From contig NC_083437.1 of NCBI RefSeq assembly GCF_020745735.1, positions 32,798,001 to 32,862,000 of the forward strand: a stretch of DNA of 64,000 bases, written 5' to 3'. Below, in pieces: positions 1-12,410 of the stretch; position 1 is the stretch's first letter, and the number at the start of each line of letters is the position of its first letter. Source of the stretch: Hemiscyllium ocellatum. Lineage: Eukaryota. The notes below the pieces were generated by a model. That model ran no database searches. It was given only the letters and a program-made list of their open reading frames with translations, and was not told where the DNA came from. A program made the translations under genes and the position numbers.

Positions 1-69
1 CTATTTTCTTGGCACATCGCATTAATAGTGAGAGGATATTGTTAGTTATCAGGTATTAAAGTTGTGCAT

Positions 70-850
70 GACCATACACACCATAATTGGGATAACATTT
101 AGGCATGGATTGATTAAGTGCAAGCAACAGTTACATCACACAAATGCCAGGCATAACCATTTCTGACAAGAGAGAATCTAACCTTCTTTCCTTGACATTT
201 ATTGGTATTACCATCACTGAATTCTCCTCACTATCAATATCCTGAGGGTTATCATTGACTAGAAACTTAACTGGACAAGAAATATAAATATTGTTGCCAC
301 AACAGCAGATCAAAGACTGGGAATTCTGCGGCAAGCAACTTAATTCCTAATTCCCCGGCGTAATGTCCGCCATCTATGAGGCAGAAGGACTGTGATGGAA
401 TTCCCTCCATTTGCCTGGATGGGTGCAACTCCAAACATATCCAGTAAGCTCAGCATCATCCAGGTCAAAGAAAATCTGCTTGTGATCAGCATCCCAGCCA
501 CCACTGTAAACATTTTGCTAATGACACACAGTGGCAGCACCTTGTAGCATCTGCATGATGCAACACTGGACAAAGTTCCTTGCTTAGCATCTGCAAGCCC
601 GTGAGCTCTGCCACCCAGAAAAATACAGGAATAGCAGAACTGCAAGTTTCCCTTTCAGATCATCAAGCTTATCACCACACTAGATCAAAATCCTGGAAGT
701 TCCTTGCTAAAAGCACTGTGGGCATCTATAAACCACGTGGACAGTAGGGCTTCAAAAAGGCTAAGCACCACTACCTTGTCAAGTGTAGTTAGGGATGGGA
801 AATAAATGGTGGTCTAACCACCGATGATCACACCCACAAATGTGTAAAGG
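70..850 (+). mobile_element. Decayed 3' end of a second abundant shark LINE family (CR1/Jockey superclade)
   Basis: Degenerate RT C-terminus (ILRVIID.KLNWT; minus-strand copies give SVMEKAPLSWTSTAPTTLKKLD) and a 3' end gggatgggaaataaatg..ctaaccaccgatg. Homologous to minus-strand copies at 7400-9950. Confidence 0.7.
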
Positions 851-3140
851 AAAACATCTCAGTTAACCACATATTGTGAACTTGAAGTCCTCTCCAAAAG
901 AACTACTTGGTTTATTTGTATTTTTTATTCGTCCTTTGACTCTGCTCCAATCTTCTTCATCTTTTACCTGTCCAAAGCACTTTTAAAATGTGATCAAGGG
1001 AACTACATGTTGTAATGAAATATGGAGAACTGAAGCTTTGCCCAGAACACTGATTTCCAAATACCTTCCAAACGTTTCACATGGCTACTTCCAAACTAGC
1101 TCTGATTGTCCAATCACAGTGTCAAACTAGATTTAATTTAAGCTTCAACTGGTCTTTACCCAAGTTGTAGAATTGTAAATATGAAACCAAACTCGGCTTC
1201 TGACACATAAAATCCAATTGCCCTTACCCTCTTATGCTGAGGGAACCCTGACCTGGTATTAACTCAGTCCCAATTTGTCCAACTGAGGGATTCATTACAC
1301 CTGACTTTAACCACAATGCCCCACTAAGAGTAAACCCCATTGCCACCTATCAACACCCATCAAGCTCACTGGATTCAGTGCACTGGTATCAAAACATCCA
1401 TATATACTTCAGTGATTAAACAACTGGTATCTGGTCACTTACAGTTCAAACATACAGGGTGTCAGCGCCAATTTATCGGTATTTTTGTAGTGTTTACTCA
1501 GCTGTGCTATTTACTTTTTCCCATTGTACCCAGCTTGCCATATGCGAATGGAGCTGCTCTGGTTTTGTTTAAGTTTGGTTTTGCTTACACTATTATTAAT
1601 CATGCCCTTCCTGATCTCACCCACAGGACCTCATTGCTAAATAGCTGTTTACTGTAGAGTCACCTCACCCAGTGCAGAGATGTTAAACAAACAGAAAAAG
1701 AGAGTTTTACACACCATCAAAAATTGTTCTGTCCTTTACAAAATGGTTCATAATTCTTAAAGCAGGAACCCATTTGCAAATGCATTCCACCTTTCATGTA
1801 CTCCAAACGACAAATGTTTTATGGATTGTTTTTGATGTGCAGTCACTGTACTGATGTAGGCAAATGCGGCAGTCAACATTCACAAAGAAAGATCTCTCAA
1901 GCAGGAAATTACTTGTAAATATGGTTTGCAGTATTAGTTGGTGGGGATGGGGGGGGATTGAAAGATGGATACTGGGCACTGAACAAACTCTTCTTTGAAT
2001 ATTCCCAGTGATATAAACATAAAAGTATTGCTTTTACTTGAACAGGCAGAGCTACCAATTGAACACCACATCTGAAAGTGAAACCTCCAACAATACAGCA
2101 TTCCCTCTGAAATTATGCTGAAGCCTGTACTGCAGTCTGTGTGACCAGTACAGCCCTTTTTAGATGTGTTAGACGTTTTGTCTGATCATATGAATTCAGC
2201 CTTTCTGTTTTGAAATGGCAGTTAGCAAATATTTGGTGAATTTAGCAAATATGTTTCCTGATGAAGGACTTTTGCTCAAAACGTCGATTTCCCTGCTCCT
2301 TGGATGCTACCTGACTTGCTGTGCTTTTCCAGCACTACTCTAATCTTGACTCTAATCTCCAGCATCTAAAGTATTCACTTTCACCTAAATATTTGGTTTG
2401 TTTGGTGTTCCAGAAAACATCAAGCAAAGTGTACCTTTAATCTGCTTCAGTCTGTATACTGATACAGAATTATGTCGAACGGTCCGTAAATTGATTTAAC
2501 ACATCTGTGGTCTTTTCAGTTCATTGGAGGGTTGTAGAAATAATTACACAGACGTACAAAGAGACACAGATACTTAGAGAGTGGTACACATATAGGTGGC
2601 AAAGGAGATGGACACAAAGTGATAGTGCGAGGGAACGCCATACACTAAGACTTGAAGTAGCGCAGATGCAATAAGTAATGGACTTCATGGCAACAAGAGA
2701 AAGAAAGAGAAGGAAAGCACTGGGCGATGTAAAGGGCTCATTTTAACCTATCTTGTAGGAAGTTCATAGGATCAGATTGGTTGCTGATTCTACACTTGTC
2801 CCAATTTGCATTTACATCCCCCCCTCCCCCGGAGAATCAGAGAAGGACAAAAAAAAGCATACTCACAGTGAAAGCATCGACTTGCATTTATATAGCCCTT
2901 CTGGTGTAGTGGGGTACCCCAAAGTATTTCACTGAAGCAATATCAAAGAAAATTTCTCATTTTCTATCAAAGAAGAGATATTACAGCCAATGACCAAAAG
3001 CATGATCAAACAGGTAGGTGTAAGGAGCAGCAGAAAGGAGGAGAGAAAATTAGAGAGTTGGAGAGGATTAGGAGGTGTGTTTCAAAGTTCAGGGCTTTTG
3101 TTGATGGAAGTACTGCTGCTAATGGAAAAGCGATTAAAAT

Positions 3141-3354
3141 TGTAGTGGTTATAATGAGGTCAGCCAGCTGGACCTCATAGGCTATGACACCCCTGATGGT
3201 CCGATCAGGGAACCCTGGCTGACAGATAAAAGCATGCGTGTCAGAGGTTCTGTTCATTCCGAGAGCTGGCTCTGAGGGAGCTGGATCAGTGGCGAGGACT
3301 CTCTATGTGTAAATAAAGGATGACTTGGTGATGGGTTACTGTGGAGTTATTTCA
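3141..3354 (+). mobile_element. Solo LTR with 5-bp TSD (AAAAT)
   Basis: TG...CA termini (tgtagtgg...ttatttca), internal AATAAA, AAAAT on both sides. Related to 21870-22087 and 42043-42378. Confidence 0.75.
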
Positions 3355-6020
3355 AAAATCATGTTGCTCAAGACCAGAATTAGAGAAGGACATAGATGTC
3401 TGAGAGGACTGTGGGCTGGAAGTGATTACCAAGATAAGAACAAGTACGACAAAAAGAGAGATTTGAAAATGATAATGACTTACTTCAAAATGAAGGTGTG
3501 TTTTGACAAAGAGAAAATGCATGTTAATAAAAGCATTGGTGATGGGTAAATGCGACTTGATGTGAGTTAGGGCTTGGCTAGTAGAGTTTTGGTAGGTCTT
3601 AAGTTTACTTTGAAGTTGTCCTGGAATGTAATGAAATGACCAAGTTCGAGGTAACTGTTACAGAAGGTAAAGGTTCTGAAAGAGTTAATATTGGAGACTA
3701 AATTAATTTCCATCCAATCTGATCAAGTTTTAAGAACTTAGATGAGGAAAGGCAGAACATTTTAGGATTATGTTGGGTAAAAACTCATCTCCCATATCTC
3801 CCAACAATCTTTGTAACATTGTCTAACTCGTTAATGTAAGTACCAGGTAATTATGCAATAAACTACATCCTGTTTTGCACAAGAATCTCTTCCAATTAAT
3901 ATTCTCGTGCTTTTTCTTTTCTCCACCAGTGAGAACCAAATAGCCTTTAGATTCAATCAAGGAACGAGGTTAATGGTGGCAATCTAACCCAACTGCAAGC
4001 TTTGTCATGATTGGTGCATTGTAGCACGTAAAACTGTAAAAAAGGGATGGATAAGGATTTCAGAAGCTAAGGGTGGAACACTGAAACAGGAAATAAAATG
4101 GAATGTTCCAGAGTGAGATACATAGATGGATAAAGAGCTGGAGGTACACAGATGGCCAGAGATAGACAGAGGAGCAAACTGAAATACTGGAGCGAATCAT
4201 GTTATTGATTAAATTCACTAATTGGATATGCAACTGAATGAACATGGTGTTTGGTCACATGTCAATGCACCAGTGCTTTAACTTTACAATTCTTTGTTTG
4301 AATGGTTCTGGTGATACCACTTACATAAAAAGAAAGAAACCCATTAGAACACAAGGTCTCAATTTCAAATAACAAACCAAACAGAAAGTGAAGAGATGGT
4401 CTCCATTAAGTAAAACCGCAGAATTAACTCATTGTATAAACTCCATGTAAGTTTACGATTTATTTGGAATGTCAATATCAATTTGTCGGTCTTGGTAATT
4501 TCAGCCACTAATTTTAAGAAAAACAAAACAAACTAACGAGATGAAGGAAAAATGGATTTTGATTTAAGCTGTGGCCAACACGGCAACTGAAATATTGCAG
4601 TATTTTATTTTTATATATTAAGAAAGATAAATGATCCTAATTGTGTTAATTGCTCCGAATATCCCTGAGCCTTTTCATGGCACGTGGGGTGTGATCATTA
4701 TCTCTGTGAAATGGAGACTCTGGGCAGTCAGGTTTCTGGGTTGTAATCAGCAGCAGCTGCCGAGCAAGCAGAGGATTTGGTTAAGAGCCACACTGGTTCT
4801 GTATGTGAATTTGCAAGTGTGTTTAAACTGGTAAAATTTAAGCAGACAAACACAAACCATTTTCACTTACAATCGTTATTTGGGTCAGTCAGAAGCACCC
4901 TGACCACTGAATCAGAAAACTGTGAATTCAAGCTCCACTTCAAGGCTTTCCCACCTTGCTTTCGGTTGACACTCTACAGTGTTCTACGTAGAGAACTTTG
5001 GGAGGGAGACTAAACTGAAGTCTGATTCTGTTTCCATGGTTCAGGCAGACACAAAAGAGCAGAATTAATTGTTGGAAGAACAGGAAATTCTCCAGTTTCC
5101 CTAATCAACAATGTCTATCCATTCAACACCATCAATATTGGATCAGACGGTTATTCATCTCATTTGCTGTGTTTGTGACCCTGCTGCTGGGCTCATCTGC
5201 ATAATTTCATCCACTAAACACGTTCAAACCAGAATTCACCATCATCTATAATATCCCATTTTAGAACATATTATTTGCTTCTATTACCTCCCATGAAAAC
5301 AAAATTGAGTGGTATTTATTGATATCCCCCTTAACCCACAATTTTCTTGTGCCTTATTTTGGTTGAGATGTAAACTTACATCCCATCTGATCTCGCACAA
5401 GAAAGACTTATTGAAGGAGAGGAAGTGAGTTTTCCTTGGCTATGTTTCTCCAGAAAAGAATTGACTGAAGTCTGTTATTTGTTCATGTAACTTGTTGCTG
5501 CTTTTGGGACTCTGCTGTGTGCAGATTGGCTGCTGTCTCTCCCTCTACAGAAGTGTGGCCAAACCTTAGACAAACTTCACTGGCTGTGAAGGACTCAGGA
5601 CTTCTCGAGCTGGTGAAAGGTGCCAGAAGATGAAAGTTCCTGCCTCCTCCTTAGCAGAGAGATGAAAATGTAACTTATACACTTTGTTTGCAGTTATTTC
5701 AATATGGAGAGATTGATGACAGCCACATCATCAGGAAAACAAACTGCCCCATTAGATGTTCTTCTTATTAGTTGACTGTCATTTTAACTGATAAGTACAC
5801 GTCACTTTCTCCAGTTCTGTACCTGTGTAGAAATGGCATGCTGTGAATGAATTGAGGGGAGGGATGAGTTTGTGGGTATGTTATTGGATTAGCAATTCCA
5901 GAACCCCAAGATAACACTCTGGGAACATAGGTTCAAATCTCACCATGGCAAATAATGAAATTTGAATTCAATAAAAATCTGGAAAGAAAGCTGGCCTAAT
6001 GGAGTCCATGTATCCATTGT

Positions 6021-6310
6021 TAGTATGGTTACTCAGTGGTTAGCACTGCAGCCTCACAGTGCCAGGGACCCGGGTTCGATTCCAGCTTCAGGCGACTGTG
6101 TGGAGTTTGTACATTCTCCCTGTGTCTGCGTGAGGTTCCCCCCACAATCCAAAGATATGCAGGTCAGGTGGATTGGCCATGCTAAATTGTCCATAGTGTG
6201 AGGTGCATTAGTCAGAGGGTGGTGGGTCTGGGTGGGTTACTCTTTGGGGGGTCAGTGTGGACTTGTTGGGCTGAAGGCCTGTTCCCACACTGCAGGGAAT
6301 CTAATCTAAT
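6021..6310 (+). mobile_element. HE1-type SINE
   Basis: A/B boxes, conserved central domain, aatctaatctaat tail. Confidence 0.88.
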
Positions 6311-8690
6311 GCTCTTTAGGGAAGGAAATCTGCTGTCCTTACTTGGTCTGACCTGCATGGGACTTCTGACCCACAGCAATGTGGTTGACTCTTAACTTTC
6401 CTCTGAAATGATTCAGCAACCCACCCAGTTGTATCAAACCTCTACAAAGTCGGGACAAATCTGTGAAACTGGAAAGATCTCCTAGCTTCAAACTAGGACT
6501 AGAAATGACAACAGCAAACACATGAATGAATAAAAACAAAATTACACACATGTAGAAATCCATCGAGGAATTGGAAGGGTATCTGTAAAATGAGTTTTTC
6601 CTTCAGGGATTTTCTTAGAGATAATTCTTTAATTGTATGTCCCATCACAGTTTTCCATCTCATGATTAATATGAACCCAAACCTCTGCTGGAAGTGTAGA
6701 ATTAGTGAATCTCTCCCCTTTTCTAATTGCTATGTATGATAGTTCACATAGTTTACCCTGTTTTCACATATTTGTAATGTAATAATACGCAAAAATGTGA
6801 CAATATTCTTCAGTGCTTTATAAAAGTAATAAATAAGTCAGATGTCACTTTACTCAGGCAGAAGGGAGCATAAGAACTGGCATTCGACAGCAGAGTCCAG
6901 ACACTAGAACTTTAAGCAGTTGGGTTTGTGAAGCAAACATGCTTTGTGAATGACAGTGTGCACTGTGAACAGCACCAGGGAGCAGTGAAGTTGAAGGAAG
7001 CATTCAAGTGGCAAAGACCCAAGATATTTGCCTGCTTTAGCAAAGTCTTGATGCAACGTGCAGAAATAAAAATGAAGCCTCAAAAAGAATTTGAATGTTG
7101 AAGGGGTTTTGTATAGAGTGGCACTTCCTTGGTCAAACGCCGAAATTATGCAATCCTTCAAGTTGGTACAGGTTTAGCGACAGCATTGGATCCTCAGGTA
7201 AAGCACGTAAAACAAACTGGTTGTATAATAGTTTATTGTTCAATAAGTAACTTTCATTTATTTATAATCATATTTTGTCATCCCAGTGATCTGGGTTTAA
7301 GGTTCATCTACCAATCAATATCACACTATCTGATCAGGATCTTATGTAATCTTGCTATGCACAAATTGTTTTTTTTTATTCATTACAGGCACAAAGCAAA
7401 GCCATAATTTATTCCTTGAAAAACTGGTAGTGAGCCATTTTCTTGAATTTCTGCAGTCTGTCTTCCATTCTATTACACAGGGAGATTCAGGATTCTGACC
7501 TTGTGGCGATACATGAATCTTAGTATTATTTCTAAGTCAGGATGGTGTGTGTCTTGGAGAAGAACTTTTAAGTGCTAAAGTTCCCAGGCTGAATTCATAC
7601 TTCTAGGGGGCAGAAGATAGGGCTGAGGAAAGCACTGTTAAAGGAGCTTTGATGAGTTTGCTGCACCTCCATTGTAGATCACTGTAGCCATAATGTGCTG
7701 GTGGTGAAGGGACAGAATGTTCAACATCATGGATGGCATAACAATCAAGTGTCCTGCATTTGTTTTATTCATTCATAGGATGTAGGTTTCATTGGCTGGG
7801 CCAATATGTATTGCCTTTGAGAAGATCATAGTGAGCTGGCTTCTTGAACGTCTCCAGTTCATTTGGCGTAGGTATACCCATAATGCTCATGACATAAGAG
7901 GTCCAGAACTTTGACCTAGCAACAATGAAGGAACAAGGATATAAATTCCAAATCCTGATGGTGAGTTACTTGCAGGGGAACTTGATGGTGTGTCATGCTA
8001 CTGCTGGTCTTGTCCTTCTAAATGGTAGAGATCATGAGTTTCCAAAATGCTGTCTAAGGAGCCTTGGTGAGTTGTTGCTGTGCATCCTGCAGATGGTACA
8101 CACTGTTGCGACTGAGCATTGATGGTGGAGGGAGTGATTTTTTGTGGATGCAATGCCAAACAACTGGGCTGCTTTGTCCTGGTAGTCATCAAGCTTCTTG
8201 AGTGTTGTTGGAGCTGTACTTGTCCAGGAAAGTGGAGCTTTTTCCATCACACTCCGTGGGCCGTGTAGATGGTGGACAGGCTTTGGGGAGTCACTCATTA
8301 TAGTATTCTTAACCTTTGAGCTGCTTGTGTAGCCACAGTAATTATATGCCTACTTCAGTTCAGTTTCTAGTGAATGGTAATCCCCTGGATGTTGATAATA
8401 TACCATTCAATGTCAAGGGGCTGTGGTTAGATTCGCTTTTAATGAAGATAGCCATTGCCTAGCACTTGTGTGGCTCAAATGTTAATTGCCATTTGTCAGC
8501 CCAAACTTGGATATTGTCCTGGATTGCTGAATTTGGATATGGACTGTTTCAGTATCTGAGGAGTCACAAATGGTGCTGGATATTATGCAATAATCAATGA
8601 ACATTCCCACTTCTGACTTTACGATAGAGGGAAGTTCATTGATAAAGCAGCTGAAGAAGATTGGGCCTAGGACAAAACCATAAGGAACTC

Positions 8691-8953
8691 AGTTAAAAAT
8701 CACCCAACACCAGGTTATAGTCCAACAGCTTTATTTGGAAGCACTAGCTTTCGGAGCATTGCTCCTTCATCAGGTAGCTTGGAATAGGATTATAAGACAC
8801 AAATTCTGTGTCTTATGATCCATTCCATGGTTGCCTGATTAAGGAGCAGCACTCTGAAATCTAGTGTTCACAAATAAACCTGTTGGACTATAACCTGGTG
8901 TTGGGTGATTTATAACTTAGTCCACCCCAGTTCAACACTGGCTCCTCCACATC
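8691..8953. mobile_element. Fold-back hammerhead element (family B)
   Basis: Inverted arms spanning about 8691-8917. Minus strand 8742-8776 reads TAC-CTGATGA-A-GGAGC(AAT)GCTCC-GAAA-GCTA-GTG (intact core). Confidence 0.8.
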
Positions 8954-9068
8954 CTGAAGAACTCATACAGAGATGTCCTGGAGCTAGGGTTACTGATCTC
9001 CTACAGCCACAACCGTTTGTGTTAGGTCTGACTCTGGAGAGTTTTCTCCTGATTCCCATTGCCTCCAG

Positions 9069-9300
9069 ATAAAAGCAAATTACTGCTGATGCTGGAATCT
9101 GAAACCAAAAGAGGAAATGCTGGAAAATCTCAGCAGGCATGGCAGCACCTGTAAGGAGAGAAAAGAGCTGACGTTTCGAGTCTAACTGACCCTTTGTCAA
9201 AGTTTGGCAAAGGATCAGTTAGACTCGAAACGTCAGTTCTTTTCTCTCCTTACAGATACTGCCAGACCTGCTGAGATTTTCCAGCATTTTCTCTTTTGGG
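9069..9300. mobile_element. Fold-back element (family C) with variant hammerhead core
   Basis: Inverted arms centred near 9202; TTGACAA-A-GGGTC(AGTTA)GACTC-GAAA-CGTC. Degenerate TSD at 9053-9068 and 9301-9316 (13/16). Confidence 0.75.
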
Positions 9301-10298
9301 TTCCCATTGTTTCTAGTTTTGCGAGGGCTCCTTGATGTCACACCAAGTCAAACAATGCTGAGGTATCAAGGGCAGTTCCTCTCACCCCACCTCTGGAATC
9401 CAGCATTTGAACAAGGGCTGTAATGAGGATAGGAGCTGGGTAGCCCTGGAGGAACCCAAACTGAGCAGCAATGAGTAGGTTATTGCTGGGCTGTTCAGTT
9501 TGGGTGTTGGTCCAGTGCCCTCAGCCATTTCTGGGTATCATGCTGAGTTAATTGAATTGACTGAAGACTGGCACCTGTGATACTGCAAATCTATGGAGGA
9601 GGCTGTGATAGATCTTCCATTTGGCTGTTCTGACTGAAATCTGTTGCAAATACTTCAGCCTTGTCTTTTGCACCAAAATATTAGGCTCCCTCATTTTTGA
9701 GGGTGGGTGTACATGTGGAATCTTCTCCAGTTAATTGTTTAATCATCTACAACCATTCATGACTAGATAGGGCACACCTTAGATGTGAACCATGGGAAGT
9801 GGAATTGAATAACATTATCACTTGCTGCTTATGTTTGCCACAAAGGCAGCCATGTTTTGTGGCTTCACCAAATTCACACCATATTTTCAGTTATGCCTGA
9901 TGTTGCCCCTTAACTACCCTCCTGCCTGCTTTCTTGAACCAGGGTTCACAGTCGGGCTTCATTCGAGGATACCCTGTATTGTATTATGTGGTATAAGCAT
10001 CTTGCTAAATGGGATAGATTTCGAAAAGACAAAGCAACTCAAAATTCCAGAGAAGACCCAAAGCTCCCTGAGGAGACCTCATGCGGGATAAAATTCCTGC
10101 AAGTTCTAAGCAGTTTGTAAATAAGTTGTTTGAGTTTAGAACAAGAATCTACCTCAACATTCTAACTCAACAATTATATCTGAATTACTCTGAGATAAAC
10201 CAGACAAATAAGAAACATAGCAACCCAGGGAATACATAACAAGTGGCAACCTGTGTTATAATCTTTAAGGGAACAGCTTGACGAGACCTACCATTCTG

Positions 10299-12276
10299 AA
10301 TCATCCTCAGGACATGTAGGACTGGTTTCTTCTTTTTCATGCCTGATCAACATCATAGTTTTAGAGCCAAGCAGAAATGCTAGAAATACACCAATGGTCT
10401 GTCTGAGGAGGAGGAATTGGGAATATCACAAACATAGTGCTTTCATGAGAACTGAGCTTTGACAAAAGACGACAGGACTGGTTCATCTGTCCCTGTCACA
10501 TACTCAAACACGGAAGGGTTTTGCACCACTCTCTTTTCAGTTTCCAAACAGTTTGCTCACTGTTCTATTCTCACTGTCGAACCGGTGTTTGACTCTTTCT
10601 CACCAGTATTTCTCGATGTGTTTGGACCCTGTTATATTTGTGGCTGTTTGCCCAAACACGAGAAACTTTGAACGAGAGAAGGGTCCTCAGTGTGATGTAA
10701 CACTCAGACAGCTCCTTCAGTTTCCATCACAATTTTGGATTCTTGCAGATAAAAAGAAAGACTTGCATTTATATAGTGCCTGCTATGACCTCAGGATGTA
10801 CCGACACATTTTACAGACTGACGTCACTATTGCACTGGAGAACTGATGTCATGGTGTTGCTTTGTATGACATTATCACTGTGCTAAATGATTTAGATTTA
10901 GAACAGATGTAACAGCTCAAACCTAAACATCTATGAGGTACACTGTGGACCATTAGCAGTAAAAGAATTTGACTGCATACTAATCTGCAACTTCAGACTC
11001 AGCATTTCTCTCTCTCTCTCTCTCCTATAATCACCATGCCAGAAGACCAGTTCTGGTTCAGTGAGCAGTGTAGCATAGCATGCCAGGAGCAGCATCAGAC
11101 ATACTAACAATGAGGTGCCAATTGAAGGTGTACTGAACCATGGATGTAGCATGCCAGGGATAGATTTGAACCATCCCACAATCAATGGTCCAGTCCTGTC
11201 ACCAGTACTGGTGAAAACTGAACACCAATCACGTTGCCAATGGGCACTTCCATCCTGAATAGTGAGGGAACTTAGCACATGTGCATAAGAGACAATGTTG
11301 AAATATTTTCAGCCACCTTCCCTCAGAAATGGGAAATGGACAGTCAATTTCAGATTCTTCTTGAAGTGCCCAATCATCACTGAAGTAAATATTTAACCAA
11401 TTTATTGAGAAATGAATGTTGAGAAATGTGTAACACAGAGTAAAGGCTATTGGCCTGAATAACATCCTGTTTGTTGATTCATTCCAACATTACATCATAC
11501 TGGAGACCCAGACCCATTCTCTCACTCAAAGTTTCCCTCATCGAGGCAAACAGCCACAAGTTTAAGGTGGGGGGTGGGGTCCAAACACATCTAGAGATAC
11601 TGGTGAGAAAGGGTCTCAGAGATAATGGAATAGTGAGCAAAAGCTGGGAATGGAAATTGAAGGAGCTGTTCTCCCTGGAGTGTCAAAGGCTGAGGGGTGA
11701 CCTCATAGAGGTTTATAAAATCATGAGGGCATGGATAGGCTAAATAGACAAGGTCTTTCCCTGGGGTGGGGGAATCCGGAACTAGAGGGTATAAATTTAG
11801 GGTGAAAGGGGGGAAAGATATTAAAGGGGCCTAAGAGGCAACTTTTTCATGCAGGTGGTGGTATATGTATGGAATGAGCTGCCAGAGGAAGTGGTGGAGG
11901 TGAATACAATTGAAACATTTAAAAGGCATCTGGATAGGTATATTAATAAGAAGGATTCAGAGGGATATGGGCCAAGTGCTGGCAAATGGGACTAGATTAG
12001 GCTGGGATATCTGGTCGGCTTGGACTGAAGGGTCTGTTTCCATGCTGTACATCTCTATGGCTCTATGAGGTGCAAAACCCTTTAGTGCTTGACTATGTGA
12101 CAGAGGGTCAAAGCTCAGTTCTGATTGAAGGTACTACATTTGTAATATTTACTGATTCTTCCTCTTTCGATGGACCTTTTTGTATTACTAGCATTTCTGT
12201 TTGGTTCTTAAAACTAGATTTTTGATCAGACATGAAAAGCAAGAATGAACCAGTCCTGCATGTCCTTAGGATGATC
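10299..12276. repeat. Diverged local inverted duplication (arms 10299-10629 and 11577-12276, the latter split by a CR1)
   Basis: Colinear reverse-complement matches, e.g. tcatcct.aggacatg.aggactggtt, cagaaatgctag.aataca, agaactgagctttgac, ctgtcacata.tcaa, aagggttttgcacc, tttctcaccagtat, gatgtgtttggaccc. Confidence 0.8.
11662..12068 (+). mobile_element. CR1 LINE 3' end
   Basis: LFSLECQRLRGDLIEVYKIM; 3' UTR and tctatg tail as in the 29900 copy. Confidence 0.9.
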
Positions 12277-12410
12277 CAATGTGCTTTGTGGCCAATGAAT
12301 GACTTTTTAAGTGTTGCAATGTAACTCTTTGAGAAATGCAACTCAACATATTCCTATTTTTTGCAATCAAATGAATGAACAGTTATTCTGTTTTTGGGGG
12401 TAGACACAGG

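Larger units (their letters stand above)
7405..9955 (-). mobile_element. Tandem decayed fragments of the same LINE family as 70-850, interrupted by two hairpin elements
   Basis: Reverse-complement similarity to 70-850; ORF 8032-8298 RSVMEKAPLSWTSTAPTTLKKLDD. Confidence 0.7.

Noticed and set aside
6021-6100. tRNA genes at SINE heads
   Set aside because: The A/B boxes belong to HE1-type SINEs; there is no complete cloverleaf.
10590-10615. TGEK zinc-finger linker on the minus strand
   Set aside because: No C2H2 pattern around it; it lies in the inverted duplication arm.
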